Below are positions 10,969 through 25,140 of a stretch of DNA of 64,000 nucleotides, piece after piece. Made by a program: the position numbers and the translations under genes. Each line of letters starts with the position of its first letter. The first letter of the stretch is position 1. The stretch is taken from contig CDMY01000447.1 of assembly GCA_001179505.1 (NCBI GenBank), positions 62,001-126,000 on the forward strand, read 5' to 3'. The DNA comes from Vitrella brassicaformis CCMP3155 (taxonomy: Eukaryota; Protista; Chromerida). The notes under the pieces were generated by a model that made no database searches, had not been told where the DNA came from, and saw only the letters and a list, made by a program, of their open reading frames with translations.

Positions 10969-13900
10969 CCAAGTGCCTGTCTCGCTGGCTGGGCGGTGCA
11001 GTGCAGAGAGCGCAAAAAGAGAAAGAGGAGTGAGTGAGAGAGAGATTGTTTTATTCATTCGGTCGGTCGGTCGGTTGGGGGGATGCAGAAACTAGCGTCC
11101 GTCCGTCCACCCGATGCTATTCTTCTGTTTGGCCCCATGGCGCATCGGCCCGTGTGAGATATGCATACGTATGTGTACCTAATTGGCGGCCGATGCGCCA
11201 TGGCGCGTGAATGAATGAATGCGATTAAGAATGGATTTCGATGGTAAAATGCTGGCTGGCTGGCTGGCTGGTGAGTAGTTGCACGCCCTGGCATTGATTG
11301 TACTGCATGAGTTGAGTGTATTGCATGTGTGTGTGGCACCGGAACAACGGTCGAGCGTTTTTATATTCGTGAGCGCGAGGAGACGAACGCGTTTGTGTTG
11401 TGTTACATAATTTATGCATGCATCGTGAAGACTCACTCCGGGCGGTCGAGCTGTTTTTGCGTGTGCGTGTGCAGTGAGCGAGCGAGGTTGGACACCGACA
11501 TACATGTCGACAGACTGAATCAGTGCGTGTGTTTGCAATTGAATATCTGTTGCCGGTGGCCGGCGGTGGATGTGTCTGTCCATGTTGGACGAGCCGGGTG
11601 CAGAGGTGTGCAGTGAGTGCATCGATTCACTCAAGAGATATATATGGGTGTCACTCAGCAGTCCGTCCGTACGGTACCGAATCGTATGCACACGCACGCA
11701 CACACGAGCACCATGCCATGCAAGTTATCGTTCGATCAATCCGTTGATCAATGAAGTGTGAGAGAGAGGAGAGCAGAGAGAGGAGAGGAGAGGGAGAGAG
11801 GGAGTGAGGATGCATGCCATGCAGTTGCCCTTTGTATGCACTTAACCATCCAATGGGTTCACTAACTGACCATCAGCACGGCACGGCATGGAGGCACGCA
11901 ATCAGGCAGCTAGACAGACAGACAGGCAGGCAGCTAGGCAGACAGACAGGCACTAACACACCAACCAACCAAATGTCGTTTGTCGACAGTGCAGTGAGTG
12001 GATGCAGGCAGAAGGTGAGAGCATCCTACCCGGTCTCCAGTAGGCAGCTAACATCGCTGGGTGTGTATCCAAAATTTAGATAATGCCGCCCGGCCGTCAC
12101 TCACTCTCTGCCTCTGTCTGTCTGTGTGTGGGTCGGTAGTTGTTTCCCGGTGTGACCGCAGGAGGCTATCTATGGGAACAGCCAGCCAGCCGGCCGGCCA
12201 GCCAGAGAGAGGGTGCGACACCGCCCGAGCGCATCAACGCAGCGTCCAGCGAGCAAGTCAATCCAGTCGAGAGCACGGACAAAGAGACACCACTGGCTTT
12301 GCAGGCAGGCAGGCAGACAGATAAACACAGCACAGCCCGGCACGGCACGGCACAGCTGCCACGGCAACCAGCTCCTCATTGCATTGCTCGTCAGTGTCAC
12401 TCATTGTCGCTGAATGAACACACACATGACATGTTGCACACGGCGCCCGACCTTACAAAACGGTCTGAGCTGGCGCACACACACGCATGGCATGGTATCT
12501 ATCGCATCGATCGTATGACGGACAACAACAATCATTGCATCAGAGGCGAACAAATCCTGAAGCAGCAGAGCACAGGACAGCAGCCAACGACCGAATGCCG
12601 GGATGCCGAGAGATGCCGAGCGCAACCAAAGTCAGAGCCGCGTTTGTAGCTTAGCTGTGCACGTGACGTACAAATATCAAGTCGTTCGTCAGCCAGCAAT
12701 GTACACACGCACCGCACATCACATGGTCATACCGCACACACCAACACACAACCAACACACCAATACAGTCCCCCCTCTCCCCTCTCCCCCTCGCCCATCC
12801 CATGCGCACTCCACCATCCCATCCCATCCATCGCTGAGTGAGTGAGTGGCTCGGCTCGCAGGTGTGCGTATGTCTCGTACGCTGCGGCCGCCACAAAACG
12901 ACAGACAGGCAGGCAGGCAGACAGACAGTCATGATGAGGGGACACACGGCCATTCACATGTATACACATGAACTCATCTGCACAATACAAGTACGGACGA
13001 AAATGTATCGAAAGGCAGGCAAACAGGCAGGTATGCAATCGCATCCAGTCCATGTACTGCGGCCAGCCAGCCAGCCAGCCAAGGCTAAATAGATTGATAC
13101 ACACACAACTGCACAACATTCCAGCCATCTCGTCCTCAAAATCACCGACCGGCGAGTAGGATGCATCCCTCTCTCCCCTCCCTCCCTCCCTCCCTCTCTC
13201 TGTCCCTGCCTGGTTGCGTGGAGGAACAGATGGCAGCCGGGAATCTGGCGAGCAAGTATGCACATGTGCATATCAGTATGTGTGTATTAGGGGCTGTGTT
13301 TGTATGCAAGCAATGACAACCCGTCAAATAGCACCCACGCACACACACGCAGAAAGAGACACACACATCAAGAAGCCAGCAAGCAATAGACAGCCATCCA
13401 GCAATCATCCAACCATCGACTACCCACCTCCCACCTCACCCCTTTACCCTCTCCCTCCACCAATGTATCATCTTTCTACGAGCGTATGCTATGAATGACG
13501 AAAAAGGACAGCCCAGAAAGAAAGCAAGAACGACACACAAGACACACACACACACACACTCAGTGAGGGAGGCACAACAAAGAGAGAATACGGCACTTAG
13601 GTGACACGCACAGCACGGCATTGAGTGAGTGAGCGAGGTCAGGTTCATCAGGTCTGTCTGTCCAGGGGGAAAAATTCGATTCTTCTGCATGCATAGACAG
13701 ATAATAGGCACGGTCTTACTAACTACGACACTCACCTTTCATGAGAATCATCGGTCGTTTGTATGCAAGCATTGTGTAAGTATACACACGTATACACGCA
13801 CACGCATACACAGAATGAATGGGTATACACGCAATTCGAGACATGTACACGTGGATGTTCATGCAATTGGACAGACACACTTATGAAGGCACCACGGCTG

Positions 13901-14200
13901 ACTGACGGACGACACAAGAAATGAAAAAGGTCGCGCGTGTCTCCCCTTCTCACTCAGGTGTGTGTGCCCACTCACTGATGCCAGCTCCCGCCCACAAACC
14001 TGCCAAATGGGAGGCACACCCATACATACAAACATACACACGACAGGCGTCATTCCTCTTTCTCCTCCCAGGATACACTTGTAAAACGGCCCGATACACT
14101 GCAAACCAGCCAATCCCTCCTCGAAACACTAGATAAACATGCAGTGCAGGTCGACTCCCTCACTGTCTGCAGGTCCACAGGTCTCTCCCCCCCCCCCCTC

Positions 14201-14500
14201 NNNNNNNNNNNNNNNNNNNNNNNNNNNNNNNNNNNNNNNNNNNNNNNNNNNNNNNNNNNNNNNNNNNNNNNNNNNNNNNNNNNNNNNNNNNNNNNNNNNN
14301 NNNNNNNNNNNNNNNNNNNNNNNNNNNNNNNNNNNNNNNNNNNNNNNNNNNNNNNNNNNNNNNNNNNNNNNNNNNNNNNNNNNNNNNNNNNNNNNNNNNN
14401 NNNNNNNNNNNNNNNNNNNNNNNNNNNNNNNNNNNNNNNNNNNNNNNNNNNNNNNNNNNNNNNNNNNNNNNNNNNNNNNNNNNNNNNNNNNNNNNNNNNN
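14201..14500. other. Assembly gap (300 N)
   Basis: Run of n characters. Confidence 1.
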
Positions 14501-15445
14501 CCACAGGTCTCTCCCCCCCCCCCCTCTCTCTCTCTGAGCAACTGTGACTCTGTAGTATGTGTAAGCGTTGTTAGCCAGAGCTACCATGGGCAGGAAAACC
14601 AGTCGCTGGAATGAAACCGAGTCAATCTGTCATTCCCTGTCGCGTGTCGGGTGAGTGGACTAAGACCAAGCAAGTGCAACTGGTGCCCGTCACAACTAGC
14701 TCACACCTAGCTCACAAGTTGTCAACCTCCCCTCCCTCCCTTCCTCACTCGTGTCTCCATTGACTGTGTGGCCGTCCATATGTCAGCCTGCCCTCCTTTA
14801 GCAGCACTGCCAACACGACGGACGGACGAAACAACGAACCAATGAGTGAGTGCGGGACCGATGGACCGACCATAGCAAGCGTGTGTAAGTCAGTTAAGTG
14901 TGTCTCCTTCCCGCGCACACAAGCACAAGCACACACCCGTCCAATCCCCGCCCCTGTCGATTTCTTCACCCCTGCCTGCCTGCATTCCGCATGGCAACCG
15001 AGTGAGAGCGTGTGACTGTGATTGTGTGTGTCTGAGCGTCCCAAAACCGACATGGATGGAAAGCCCTACCTACCCGCTCCCTCCCATTCCCTCCCGATGT
15101 GTCCCTTCCTCTCTCTGATGAATGAAAATATGGCGCATATCAGTCGATCGGTCGCTATACGTACATACGTACATTCATACATACATATATATATGCATAC
15201 ATATAATATATGAATACGTACATATGTGTGTACTGTACATGTACACACGCGGCAAAGATAGATGTGCAGAACGACATCTCCTTCCGGCTCCCCTCTCAAA
15301 ACGGTCGCACCTGAGCTGACTGACTGACTGAGCGACCCGATCACACCCGACCCGACCAACTCCCTTTCATTCACTCACTTACTCACTCACCGATCGAGCA
15401 ACAAACCGATATATGTCGTGTATATACATACATTCGTACATAAGA

Positions 15446-15503
15446 TGGGTACGTATACAGACGAATAGAAGAGGTGGGTACATATACAGACGAATAGAAG
15501 AAA
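15446..15503. repeat. Two-copy ~29-bp tandem repeat
   Basis: TGGGTACGTATACAGACGAATAGAAGAGG followed by TGGGTACATATACAGACGAATAGAAGAAA. Confidence 0.85.
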
Positions 15504-16501
15504 GAACGTTACGCGCGCAGGTGAGGAGGTACTCACGCTTGCCGCCTGCCTGCCTGCCTCTGTGCCTGCCGCCTGTGAATTAGATATGGTGGATGGGATC
15601 TAACAAAACTGTGAATGGTGAATAGAGATGCAGCAAGCGACAAGTGCAGTCGTGACCGCAAAAAGCCGGCTGCCTTCCGTCTTCCTTTCCTTCCTTCCGT
15701 GTGTGGTCTGCGTGGCTGTGCGGCAATGTAGAGCATCCATAGCGACACACACTACCTAGGTAGAGGGGGGAGGGAGGGGAGGGGGTGAGCACAGATTACT
15801 GTGGCAAAATTGGCCAAGCGCGAGCGAGCAAAAGGCGAGGGAGGCGGGCGCACGATGGATGGACTGACGCAAGTGCGGTCGGACGGATGGTGGCTGGCGG
15901 ACGGGCTGAAGGAAGGAAAGAAGGAGAGGCAACGAGAGATGCCCAGCACAGAAAAAAAGCAACAAGGGAAATGACAAAAAGAAATAACAAGAACTGGACG
16001 AATAATGACACGATATCACATGACCCGTCAGACAGACAGACAGACAGACGGTAGGCAGGCAGGGCAGCGAAAGCAAAAGCACTCAGTCGTCGTATAGATG
16101 GCGTACAGACAGGAATACGATGACCGAGGTGACGATCATGGGTATGGTGTCAGGCTATCTATCTATCCACACACGGGGCAGCAATTGGTCCAGGAAGGCG
16201 AGGACCAACATTGGCCCGCTACGGGCACTGCCCTGTCACACTGAAAAAAGCGCCGAAGTAGACGCGACGCGTACACAGACAAACGGACAAACAGACGGAC
16301 GGAGACACGGAAAAACATACACACAGAGAAAGACTCCCTTGATAGTCTCCTCCTCTCCATCTCTCTACCATCCCGCCATTCCATCCCTTTATCCTTCCAT
16401 CCCTTTATCCTTCCATCCATCCATCCATCCTTCCTTCCTTCAGTGAGCAGACCACTAGGGCGATCAATCGGTCGATTAGACGCCCGTCATGACTGCTGCT
16501 G

Positions 16502-18501
16502 CTATCGCTGGTGGTGCTGTCGGTGTTGGTGCTGTTGGCGCCTCTGCCCGCCCCGCCCCCCCATACCCCTCTTGCCCAGCTGCCGGCGCATCACAGATTT
16601 GCTCTTGCTGCTCTTGTTCCCCCCCTCCCCCTCCCCCTTTCCCTCTGCCCTCCTGCTGCTAGCGCCGGCGCCTCCTTTCTTGCTGCCGTCCGCTGCTGTC
16701 GCTGCCACTGCTGTGTTCGCGCCGTTTGGCTTCTTCAGCTTCTTCAGAGGACTGCCGCTCCTGCTGCTGCCGTCGGTGGTTGTGGGTGACAACTCCTCTG
16801 CGAGTCCCGCCCTGGTGACAGCGAGCTGCACTGGGATGCCTTGTGGCCAGGTGAGTGCGAATCTGTCCCAGATAGCCTTGAGGACGGGCCGGTCGAAGTC
16901 GCTGGTCCACGGCTTGCGTGAGCCGCCGTAGTGCAGAATGGCGTTACCTCGACGGTACGTCTCCCTGTTCCGCACTTGAGGGGAAGGCTGACCTGCAACG
17001 CACACAGAGGAGCATCGCGTGTGTGTTCTTTGCTGGTGTGTGCTGGTACGGTGTGTGAGATGTACCTAGGAAGGCGTTGAAGCGTTCGGGCAGTTCTCCG
17101 TAAGTGCCGTTGGTGAACAGGTTGATGGCGATTTGGTCGTTCACGCCGTATTTCTCGACCCACACCATGACGGTCTTCTCGAACTCGAGCTGCCGCATGA
17201 TGGGCAGGTCCAGCAGCATCACGCCCGCGTTGAACGACTTGCCGCCCTGGTACTTGATCGCATCCGACAAATGGTCGTGCTTCAACCTACACACACCATA
17301 CACAGGGACAGACATGGTGGCTGCCTGGCTGGCTGGCTGGCTGGCTGTGTCCTTCCCCTGGTCTCCCCTCTCGGCTTCTCACCAGCTGTTGATGAGTCCG
17401 CTTTCAAGTGAGGTCCTCCCCCAGATGCCCTTGGTCTCCTCCGCCCGCCTCTCGTCATCGGGAATAGTCGAGGGCAGCTCCCACATGGGCCGCAACGGCC
17501 CCACCACGAGCGCATCGAGGTCGAGGTAGATGGCCCGCCGCAGCTCGGGGAAGAGCGACGGGATGGACAGCCGGCACATGGTGGCCACAGACACGTGTGC
17601 CAGTGTCTGCGTGTACTTCATCTGTGTGCCCCAGTCGACAATGTCGAGACGGAATGTGTGTGGGGGCAGTGGTCGGGGCAGCCGGGTGTCGGCGATACGC
17701 TGGAGGGTGTCCAGGGTGTCTTGTGGGATGCGGTCGGAGATGAGGTGGACCGTTATGGACTCGTTCAGGTTGCTCAAAATCAGCCCGTTCAGCAGAGTCG
17801 GGATATGCTCCACCAAACCCTGCAAACACACACACACACACACACACAGACATAGAGATCGAGAGAATTGCTCTCGTGTTGATTGACTGTCCCTCCCTCC
17901 CTCCCTAAATTCGTTCTTGTGTTCCGTTCGTTCGTACCTCATCAGAGGCGATGATGATGTGTAGGGGGTCCTGGTCCTCCTGGCTGGCAGGCGGCGTGAG
18001 GTGCCCCCCCATCATGAAAGAGAACGACGGCACCATCCGGCCCGCGACAACCTCCTCGATGTCAGGCACAGCCGAGGTCGGCTTCTCACCATCACCCTCG
18101 GCCCCCACACACCGACACTCCTCCTTGCCATTGCCATCACTGCTGCTGCTGCTGCTGCTGATGGCCATGGACGCCATGGACGCCTCCCTTGCCGCATCAT
18201 GTCGCTCCTCGCCAGTGCTGATGGCCCCCCACACGAGAAGGGAGCTCTGTGGCAGGACGGCCTTGGTGCTGGTGTTGCCGTCGACAGCAGTCGGTTCAAG
18301 TGCCTCTTTGGGGATTCTGCAGAAGCTGCTGACGAAGTCGATGTGTCTGAAGATGGCGGGGTTGACTTGGGTCCATAGGAAGGAGTTGAAGTAGGCAAAG
18401 ACGAGCAGGAAGCATGCGAAGAAGGCCAGGTAGCATGACGTACTGAACCCCCCACTGTTGGGCGTCTGCAACACCCCGCTGTTGGAACGACTCGTGCTCA
18501 T
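16502..18501 (-). CDS. Glycosyltransferase family 8, type II membrane protein
   Basis: N-terminal TM (LAFFACFLLVFAYF), LHIIIASD, RLSIPSLFPELRRAIYLDLD (DxD), FNAGVMLLDL, NDQIAIN and ILHYGGSRKPW are all GT8 motifs. Four exons. Confidence 0.9.
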
Positions 18502-18939
18502 TCTCCACACTCACAGTCAGTCAGGCACTCTGCTGCTCGAATGGGCAAGGAGGGGGCGGGGCGGGGCAGGGGAAGGAGGCCTGGGTGAGTGGGGCGGGGC
18601 TGGGCTGACGAATCGACGAGACGACGGTAATGAGGACAACAGAATCACCTATGGTACGTGATGCAGCTCCAGAGATATGTGGGGAACTTCGCCGTCCTCA
18701 CCAAAACGCTGGCCCGAAAGTGTCCGGGGTGTCCGTTCAGACGAGAGAGTTTCACGCCGTTTTTTCTAAGCGTTTTTTGCGAGCTAATACTTTGCCGTGG
18801 CCACACACCCCGACACAACACCGACACAGTAAGACCTGTGCAGAGAAGAGGATGCATTCATCCATCGCGAAAGAAGTAAAGCACGCTGTAATGTTGTTGT
18901 AGGTGCTCTTCCGTTCATCAGACAAGATAGCACTCGGAG

Positions 18940-20994
18940 ATGCTGGCGGCATGGCGGCTGTCGCAGTGGTAGGAAGCCACACCCATGGGCCACACAACAC
19001 TGTGCGATGGCGAGTACAATCATTCGTAGATCCACGGCCATGTGTGTCTGTGTGGCTCCGCAGGTACGTCTATGGCCGCCAGAGCTTCACCAAGGCCGGC
19101 TTCGAGCATGCCGCCAAGAGCTTCAACCCTGCCGTAAGCATGCACACACACACACACACACACACACACAGATCTGCGGAATGAGTGAGTGAGTGAGTCA
19201 AGTGAAGGGAGAGTCGACGTTTGCCAGCTGTCGCAGCATTGGTCGTAGTACCCTTCACAATAGCGACACTCTCCTCCGGTCTGCCGGCCGATTGGCTGTC
19301 GTCCTGACTGCCGACCACACGCAGACCTGAGCGAGTGGGTAAGGCAGGCCTCTCTACCAGCGAAGCCGACACCCTGCCAGTCTTCTTTGCAAGAGGCCTG
19401 CACACACACACACACCATCCACCATCCACCATCCACCATCCACTCACATGACATCCACATAAATGACTCTCTCTGCTTGCCTGGATGGATGGATGCCGTG
19501 CCTCTGTGTGTGTGTTGATGCTTGTTGACTTGATCAGGACTGTGATGTGGACCTCTCCAGTCGTCACTTTATCATCACGGGCGCCACGTCGGGGCTGGGC
19601 CTCTCGTGCGCACAGGTGCTTGCTCGGAAAGGAGGGACGATTCACCTGGTGTGTCGGAACAAAGACAAGGGGGAGAAGACGCTCGATCAGCTCAAGGCAG
19701 ATACCAACAACCAGGACATCCACCTGCACGTTGTGGGTGAGAGAGGAGAGCTCCCCTTGAGCACAAGAATGGGCCATGGCTGGCTGTAGTGTTCATTTCT
19801 CACTCTTGCTTCACTCCTTCATTCTCACTCTTGCTTCATTCCTTCAGATCTGTCTGAGATCGGTGCCGTTCGCCGCTTCTGTTCGTCGTTTCAGCTGCCC
19901 CTGCACGGCCTGATCAACAATGCGGGCATTATGGTCCACACGAGGACACTCACACAAGACGGAGTAGGCCAGCCTCCACATCTGATGAATTCACCCTTCC
20001 ACTGACTGAGGCCATGACCACTTCTGCCCTCCCTCTCTCTCTGTCAGCATGATGTCAACTTCGTGACCAATGTGCTGTCCCCCTTCCTGATGACTGTCGA
20101 GCTGCTCCCAAACCTGCGGCGATCAGGTGACCCACACTCGGTTGGTGGAAGACAAACAGCGGGCATCGCTGTCTCGTGTGTGTATTGCAGGTGACGGTCG
20201 CGTGATATTCGTCTCCTCTGGCGGCATGTATGCTCAAGGTGGGTAGTCACGGCCAGCGGGGAAAGCAGCGCACACACACACAGAGGGAGGGAGGGAGGAC
20301 ATGCGGTGGTTTACATGCGTTCAGAGTTGAAGCCTGACGATCTCGAGGACAAGAAGCTGACCAAGTATGACGGCACATGGGTGTATGCGCACAACAAACG
20401 AGGTGGGCGGAGACGCCGCCACGAGAGGGGCACCACGTGCAGCCACTTTGCTCTCTCCCTTTTGGCAGCCCAGGTGTGTCTGGCCGAGCTGCTGGCTGAG
20501 AAGGTGTCACCCGCCCAAGACTCCCCGGTGACCTTTTACTCCATGCACCCGGGATGGGCAGACACTCCTGGTGTCCGGCTGTCGATGCCCTCATTCTTCG
20601 ACCAACACAAGGGCATCCTCAGGACAGCTGAGCAAGGCGCCGACACTATCGTATGGCCGACGAGCGATCTGAAAAGGACATGGCATCACTGTGGCGTCCA
20701 CGTGCGTGTGTGTGTGTTCAGGTGTGGCTGGCGATCGCGCCCTCTCTGACGGGGCCGGAGCAGAGGAGCAAGTACAATGGCAAGTTCTCCCTCGACCGGC
20801 ATGTGGTCTCGCAGCATCTCTTCGGCGCACAGACGCAGCCATCAGATGATGATTTGGCGAAGTGAGGGGAGAGCACAATGGGCAGGGGGACTCGCATGAA
20901 TGGATGGATGGATGCTGTCATGTGTGTCAGGTTGTGGGAGTATGTGTGCAAAAAGGCCAACATACCACCAGACTTCTACAAAAACAAGACGTGA
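18940..20994 (+). CDS. DHRS12: Short-chain dehydrogenase/reductase, DHRS12-like
   Basis: MLAAWRLSQW|YVYGRQSFTKAGFE, FIITGATSGLG (TGxxxGxG), LINNAG, VSSGGMY, YAHNKR (YxxxK), SMHPGWADTPGVR and EQGADTIVW match the DHRS12 pattern. TGA at 20992-20994. Confidence 0.88.
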
Positions 20995-21494
20995 CCTCAT
21001 CCGTGGCGATGTTCGTATGTGGCTGCTTGTTGATTGCGTTATTTTTCCGTCAGCAGCATGAGACGATTTATTTCTGTAGCTGTGTGAGTGAGGATAGATC
21101 GACTGCCCCACACACGGGCGAGTGTCTGGGTAAGTTGGGTTCTGCCTTGGTCGCCTTCTCGTCCTGGCCTCCGTTACAGAAATGCTGCCAAGACAGGAGC
21201 AGACGCACCCACAACTCGCTGAGAGGAAACAAACGCCTTGCCCCCCCGACTGAGACGATGATCCATACTGTGGTTTTATGTGTGCATGGACTGGACAGGG
21301 TCATTCATTCATTCATGTACAGAGTCAAGTGTGTGCAGCTGCACTGCAGCCTTCCCTTCGCAGAGAGGCTCTGAAACACGGCCATGGCAGCGCAACACAC
21401 ACAGACAGATAGGGAATGCAGCGGTAGTCAGTGCCGGAAATGACAGGAAGTCAGCAGGGGGGAGCATCGACAGATCAATGAGTCAGTCAGTCAG

Positions 21495-22047
21495 TCAGTC
21501 TTGCATGTCGTCATCTTGTTGCTCGTCGTCGTCACTCGTCGTCTTGCGCACATACAGCACGTTGTTACACCTGCAATGCAACCCCCACACACGGCGCGGC
21601 GCGTGTGAGGTGTAAACGCCGACTCATCCATTCACTCAGTCACCTGATGAGTATCTCTCCGAGGGTGCCTTTGAAGTTGCCGTCAATCCACTCCTCGGCG
21701 TTGAGGAGCTGGAAGTTCATGTAGTCATCCACCGACTTCAACGTGCCTGAACGAACCAATCGGCCAGCCACACGGACACACATCAATGGTGCACTGACTG
21801 TAATCTGTGTGTCTGCCTGGCGCACCTTTGTACTCCATGCCCCACTTGAGCTTCACTATCACCTGCACACATGGACGCGCACACCAACCATGAGCGATGC
21901 CCATCCGCCTCGGCGTCTGTTTGCTCACCTGCTTCCCTGACAGATCCTGAAGGAAAGGTTTGGGGTTCAGGGGAGTGATCTGCAGCCAACACACGATCAC
22001 ACAGCAGCATTCGGCATCCTGCCTTCTCTCTCTCTCACCCCGCTCAT
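21495..22047 (-). CDS. SNRPF: Small nuclear ribonucleoprotein F (SmF)
   Basis: MSG|[17 protein letters not shown]|[13 protein letters not shown]|[34 protein letters not shown]|CNNVLYVRK...*. Five exons, the first coding exon being 9 nt. Confidence 0.97.
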
Positions 22048-22892
22048 GATGCTGCCTTGTCTGCGTCGTGCAGCGAAGTCAACAGGGAGTGAAGATCCAA
22101 GTCAAAAGCGGACGCCGACGTGGATGCAGAGTGCCCACGGCGCCTTCTGGGCTGAGATGCCGCTTTTTGGTTTTGTGGCAACCTGGTCACAGCCGGAGGG
22201 TTTGACGAGGGGTCAAAGGGTTTGTTACCCTAAACCCTGGCAGCGGTTTCAGGGAGAATCAATAGGCGGCCCACAGTAAACATTTCGCGCGATAGACCCA
22301 AGAGTGAGACCGGCAAGGCTTGGGCAAGCGGGCGGTGATCACGGGCCAGATCTTGATGTAGTCAGCATCTCATCCAACCAGAACGCGACTGATCCCATCG
22401 ACGAACGCGAAACTGCAGCCGATGGCGACCACATCGTGCTGACACCTTCCCAGATCGGCCACCAAGATCTAGAGGACACACAGGCAGGGGGCGACACTGC
22501 GCGACCGCGAGACACCGCCACTATCGATGATACCCTTTTTTCACGCAGCCCCACCAGAGCGCTTTGGATGTGAGGGGCAACTTTCGGTGCTTGATGGAGC
22601 ATCCTGACACTCGAAGTGACTTGACCGATTTCGTCCGTCCGTCTGTCCGTCGTGTTGAGGTGAAGTGTGTCAGATATGCAGTCCAACATGTAGGACATGC
22701 CATGGCAGAGAGAGAGAGTCGCTATGTACACAGCACGCAGCCCGTCAGCCACAGGCCGATAGAGACAGACACAGAGACATAGAGAGAGAGAGAGAGAGAG
22801 TCAACGGTCTCACTCGGTCACCCACAGTCACAAGTATCACATGCAGAAGACATGACGACATCCCTCTGCCCTCATCGCAACACTCCACGTCT

Positions 22893-25140
22893 CTATCTGT
22901 CTGGCCCTCTGTCTCTGTCTGGGTGGCCTCTGTCTGTCTCCTCGCACCAGCCGCCTCGGTGGCCGAGTGCCGCTCCCATCGTGCCAATCGTCCGCAGGGC
23001 CGTGTGGTTTGCTGCTGCTGCTGCTGCTGCTGGTATGTCTGTGTGGCTGCTGCTGGTGTGACTGTCGCTGCTCGAGCTGCTGCCCGACGAGCTGTCCGAC
23101 GAGCTGTCCGACGCCGTGGGCGAAGGGGGGCGGTGCGACACGGCGGCGGGAGACGGCGGGGCGTGTGGCGGTGGTGAGTCGGGCGAGGTGAACCACGGGT
23201 GGTCGAGGGCAGCCTCCACTGACAGACACAAACAAAGAGGCACAGCACAGCGGTCTGTCTGGTCTTCACACACTGCGTGCGTCAGTCAGTGACCACACAG
23301 CACAGCACAGCACAGCCATGTGTGTGTAGTGTATATCACCCACCTGATGCGATTCGGTCGTGTTTGTTGAAGGCCAGGAGTGACCGGATGAGGTCCTTGG
23401 CTGCGTCGGACACCCCGTCGGTGCGTCTGAACCGAACCCCCTGCAAGACACAATGGAATGGACACACACAAATATCAATCACCTCACCCAGACGGCCCCC
23501 CCGTTGATGTGATGTGTGACTGACTGATCTGATCCAGCCGACCGAGCCACCAACCCTTTTAACCCACCTACCCGGGTCAATGCCTTCCACTTGCCCTCAG
23601 TCATAATGCCGTCGTCGCGCAGGTCAAAGGGATACCGCCCAGTGAGCATTCGGTAACTGAGGCACGCACAGCACACATGACATGACATGACATGACATGT
23701 GGGCTCCCAGCCAGCCCAGGCAGGGCTGGATGGGATGGGCTGGGATGGATGCACGTAGCGGACTGACTGACTGACCAGTATGTGTGTGTGTATGTGTGTC
23801 TATGTGTGTGTATGTGTGTTTGGGCTCACTCACATGCACACGCCCATCGCCCAAATGTCGCTGGCCTCGCTGTAGTCCAAACACTCGTAGCACTCGGGGG
23901 CCTGCACACACACACACACAGACACACACAGACAGACAGACAGCACAGCCGCATTGCATTCTCGGGCGCATCGAAGGCTTCGGACAATTGAGTGTGCTTA
24001 CGAGGTATTTTGCGGTTCCGATAATGCGCGTTGGCCTGCTGCTTTGGGGGGTCAGGACCGTGTCGAAGTCAACTAACATGACACGGTCGCCGCTGGTCAT
24101 GATGTTCCGCAGCGACACGTCGGCGTGTGTCATCTGCACACACACACAGACAGACAGACAGACAGGCAGACAGAGAGACAGGGGCTATGCTGTGCTCGTG
24201 TGTATGTGTATGTGTATGTGTGTGTGTGTGGTCATTCATCTGTGTGTGTGTGCGTACGCCGTGGTCGTGCAGCACTTTGAGGCCGCTGAGCGCCCCCATG
24301 GCTATCCGTTTGGCCTCCCTCTCCCCCAGCCGTCCGCAGTCGGCGTCTGTCCCCCTGACCCACTCCATGTTTATGTAGTAGTTGTCGTCGTCTTGGAAGA
24401 TGCCAGAGGCGAGGCAGAGGTGCGGTGACTCCGGGAGGTCCAGGATGGCCTCGTACTTCTGTACAAAGTCGGCCTCTGTGCACTGCGGGTCATCCTCCCT
24501 GGTATTTAGGGGGGTAGTAGGAAAGAAGGAAACAGACAGACAGACAGACAGAGAGGGTGTGGTGTCTGAGAGGAGAAAGGATGACTGTCTGTGTGTGCCA
24601 TGAGCTGACATGAAGTTGCTCCGGGGGACGAGTTTGATGGCCTCGTAGAGGCCGCGGAACCAGGTGGCCTCGACCTTCAGAATGAGGCCGTTCCTGCACA
24701 CAGACAGTTGCATGCGATGCATACCACTCCCTAGGTACCGTAGTGTGTCCCATCCATTGAATGAAATCTATGTGTGATATCATTGGGCGGGCCCATGTAT
24801 GTGCAGCTGACTGAGCTCTCTGTTGCCCGCCGGCGGCTTGGCTTACCCGCCGTCGTCGGCCTCTCTGACGAGCCGCAAGTCGTTCTCCTCGAGCATCGAC
24901 CAAAAGTCGGCGTAGCGCTGCATCGCACACCCCAATTGACACACAGAAGAATGAAATGAATGCGGCGTCACGTCATGGGGCCTGCAACGCTTCTCTGCTC
25001 CTAAAGAAGCTGACCCAAACTATCGGCAGCTTGAACGGCACGCTGCACTTCTGCCCCTCGCTGTTGGCCGTCTGGCCGCCCCGCTCCCCGCCATTATCAG
25101 CAGCTGCTACACATGCGACGGCCGCTTCAGGCGGCATCAT
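22893..25140 (-). CDS. Ser/Thr protein-kinase-fold protein with non-canonical motifs
   Basis: EAIKLV (subdomain II), HADVSLRN (VIb), LVDFD (VII), GTAKYL|APE (VIII), SDIWAMG (IX), MLTGRYPF, AKDLIRSLL...RI...ALDHPWF (XI), then an S/P-rich tail. The 5' exons are uncertain. Confidence 0.85.

Noticed and set aside
14050-14614. ORFs spanning the N run
   Set aside because: Artefacts of ambiguous bases.
11000-16400. Many short ORFs in the long intergenic region
   Set aside because: They are dominated by microsatellite translations and have no domain or consistent splice chain. Segments at 12150-12650 are only weakly coding-like.
22304-22573. 89-aa plus-strand ORF upstream of SmF
   Set aside because: No motif, non-ATG start in the track, and no supporting exons.
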